DNA of 64,000 nt from the NCBI GenBank assembly GCA_951406725.2, contig OX597818.1, forward strand, positions 17,546,001 through 17,610,000, in the 5' to 3' direction. The translations under genes were made by a program, and so were the position numbers. Every line of letters starts with the position of its first letter. The first letter of the stretch is position 1. The DNA comes from Octopus vulgaris. Its lineage: Eukaryota. The notes under the pieces are model-generated. The model searched no databases, was not told the origin of the DNA, and saw only the letters and a list, made by a program, of their open reading frames with translations. Of the stretch, positions 63,155 to 64,000 are shown piece by piece.

Positions 63155-64000
63155 GTTAGTATCGTTTCTTTTATTTCATCTTCATTCATCATCATCATCA
63201 TCATTATCATTTGGCATCTGCTTTCCATGCTGGCATGGGTTACAGGTTTGACTGAACCTGATAGCTGGAGAGCTGCACCAAATTCCAGTCTGGTTTGGCG
63301 TTTTTACTATTAATTTTGAGGAGACTGCACTGGTCTGATCATGTGATGCAGCTGGATGAGGGCAGCTGCTTAAAGAAGTGATGATCTCTTAAAGTGGAGG
63401 GAAGCTGTGAAATAGGGAAACTCAGGAAGACATGGGGTGAAGTATTATGACTGATCTCAAATGGCTGAACTTTACAAAGATGGCAGAGGTCTGAGATATG
63501 CAGCACATTGTTGTACTTCAGAAGAGCCACCCACCACAACAGAATTGAAATCCTAAAACCAAGGGGTCACATAAAAAGCATTGGTGTGGGTGCTGGTGTC
63601 ATGTAAAAAGCACTCAGTACACTCTATAGAGTGGTTGGTGTTAGGAAGGGCATGCAGCTGTATACACCAAAACCAAAACAGGCAATGGAATCTGGTGTGA
63701 CCCCTGGCCTTGCCAGTTTCTCTCAAGCTGTCCAACCCATGTGAGCATAGAAAACAGTTATTAAGTGTTGATGGTGATAATGATGATGAGTTTCTTTAGA
63801 CATTTTTTACATTTCCTTGTTTTTTGGTAATTGGTTGGATAAGTGTTCGAATTTAGACTTTTGTTTGAGCTTTTAATTGCTAACCTTTCTTAACTGGCTA
63901 CTCATTTGAATGTTATACCTTAACCATGGTAAGATTTGAACTTAGCATAAAGTTTCTTCTCCCAATTACAAGCATCTCATTTCAGTTAGATTGTGATCAT

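Overview
AT-rich, microsatellite- and SINE-dense animal DNA. The repeat landscape suggests an octopus genome (inference). Two spliced genes are arranged head-to-head. DNAI2 (axonemal dynein intermediate chain 2) is on the minus strand, with its first two coding exons at 11131-10949 and 5008-4847, and continues off the left edge. AP5Z1 (AP-5 zeta-1/SPG48) is on the plus strand, with nine in-frame GT-AG coding exons from 20357 to 63154, and continues off the right edge. A candidate shared promoter with RFX X-box-like motifs lies at about 20.2-20.35 kb. The introns contain three tRNA-derived SINE families, RTE LINE remnants, a Neptune-type Penelope-like element, mariner, maT, Tc1 and Tigger remnants, piggyBac-type MITEs and a Helitron. 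The most striking signal is a near-identical, ORF-free 535-bp tandem array at 2045-3848, inserted in a (TA)n tract. Every unit carries an intact type I hammerhead ribozyme, and the array is preceded by an inverted fold-back copy. A diverged ~496-bp relative, several more degenerate hammerheads and several fold-back hairpins, mostly in (TA)n tracts, point to a retrozyme-like or non-autonomous Penelope system. Protein and repeat identifications are by recognition, not database search. Repeat boundaries are approximate unless TSDs or TIRs are given.
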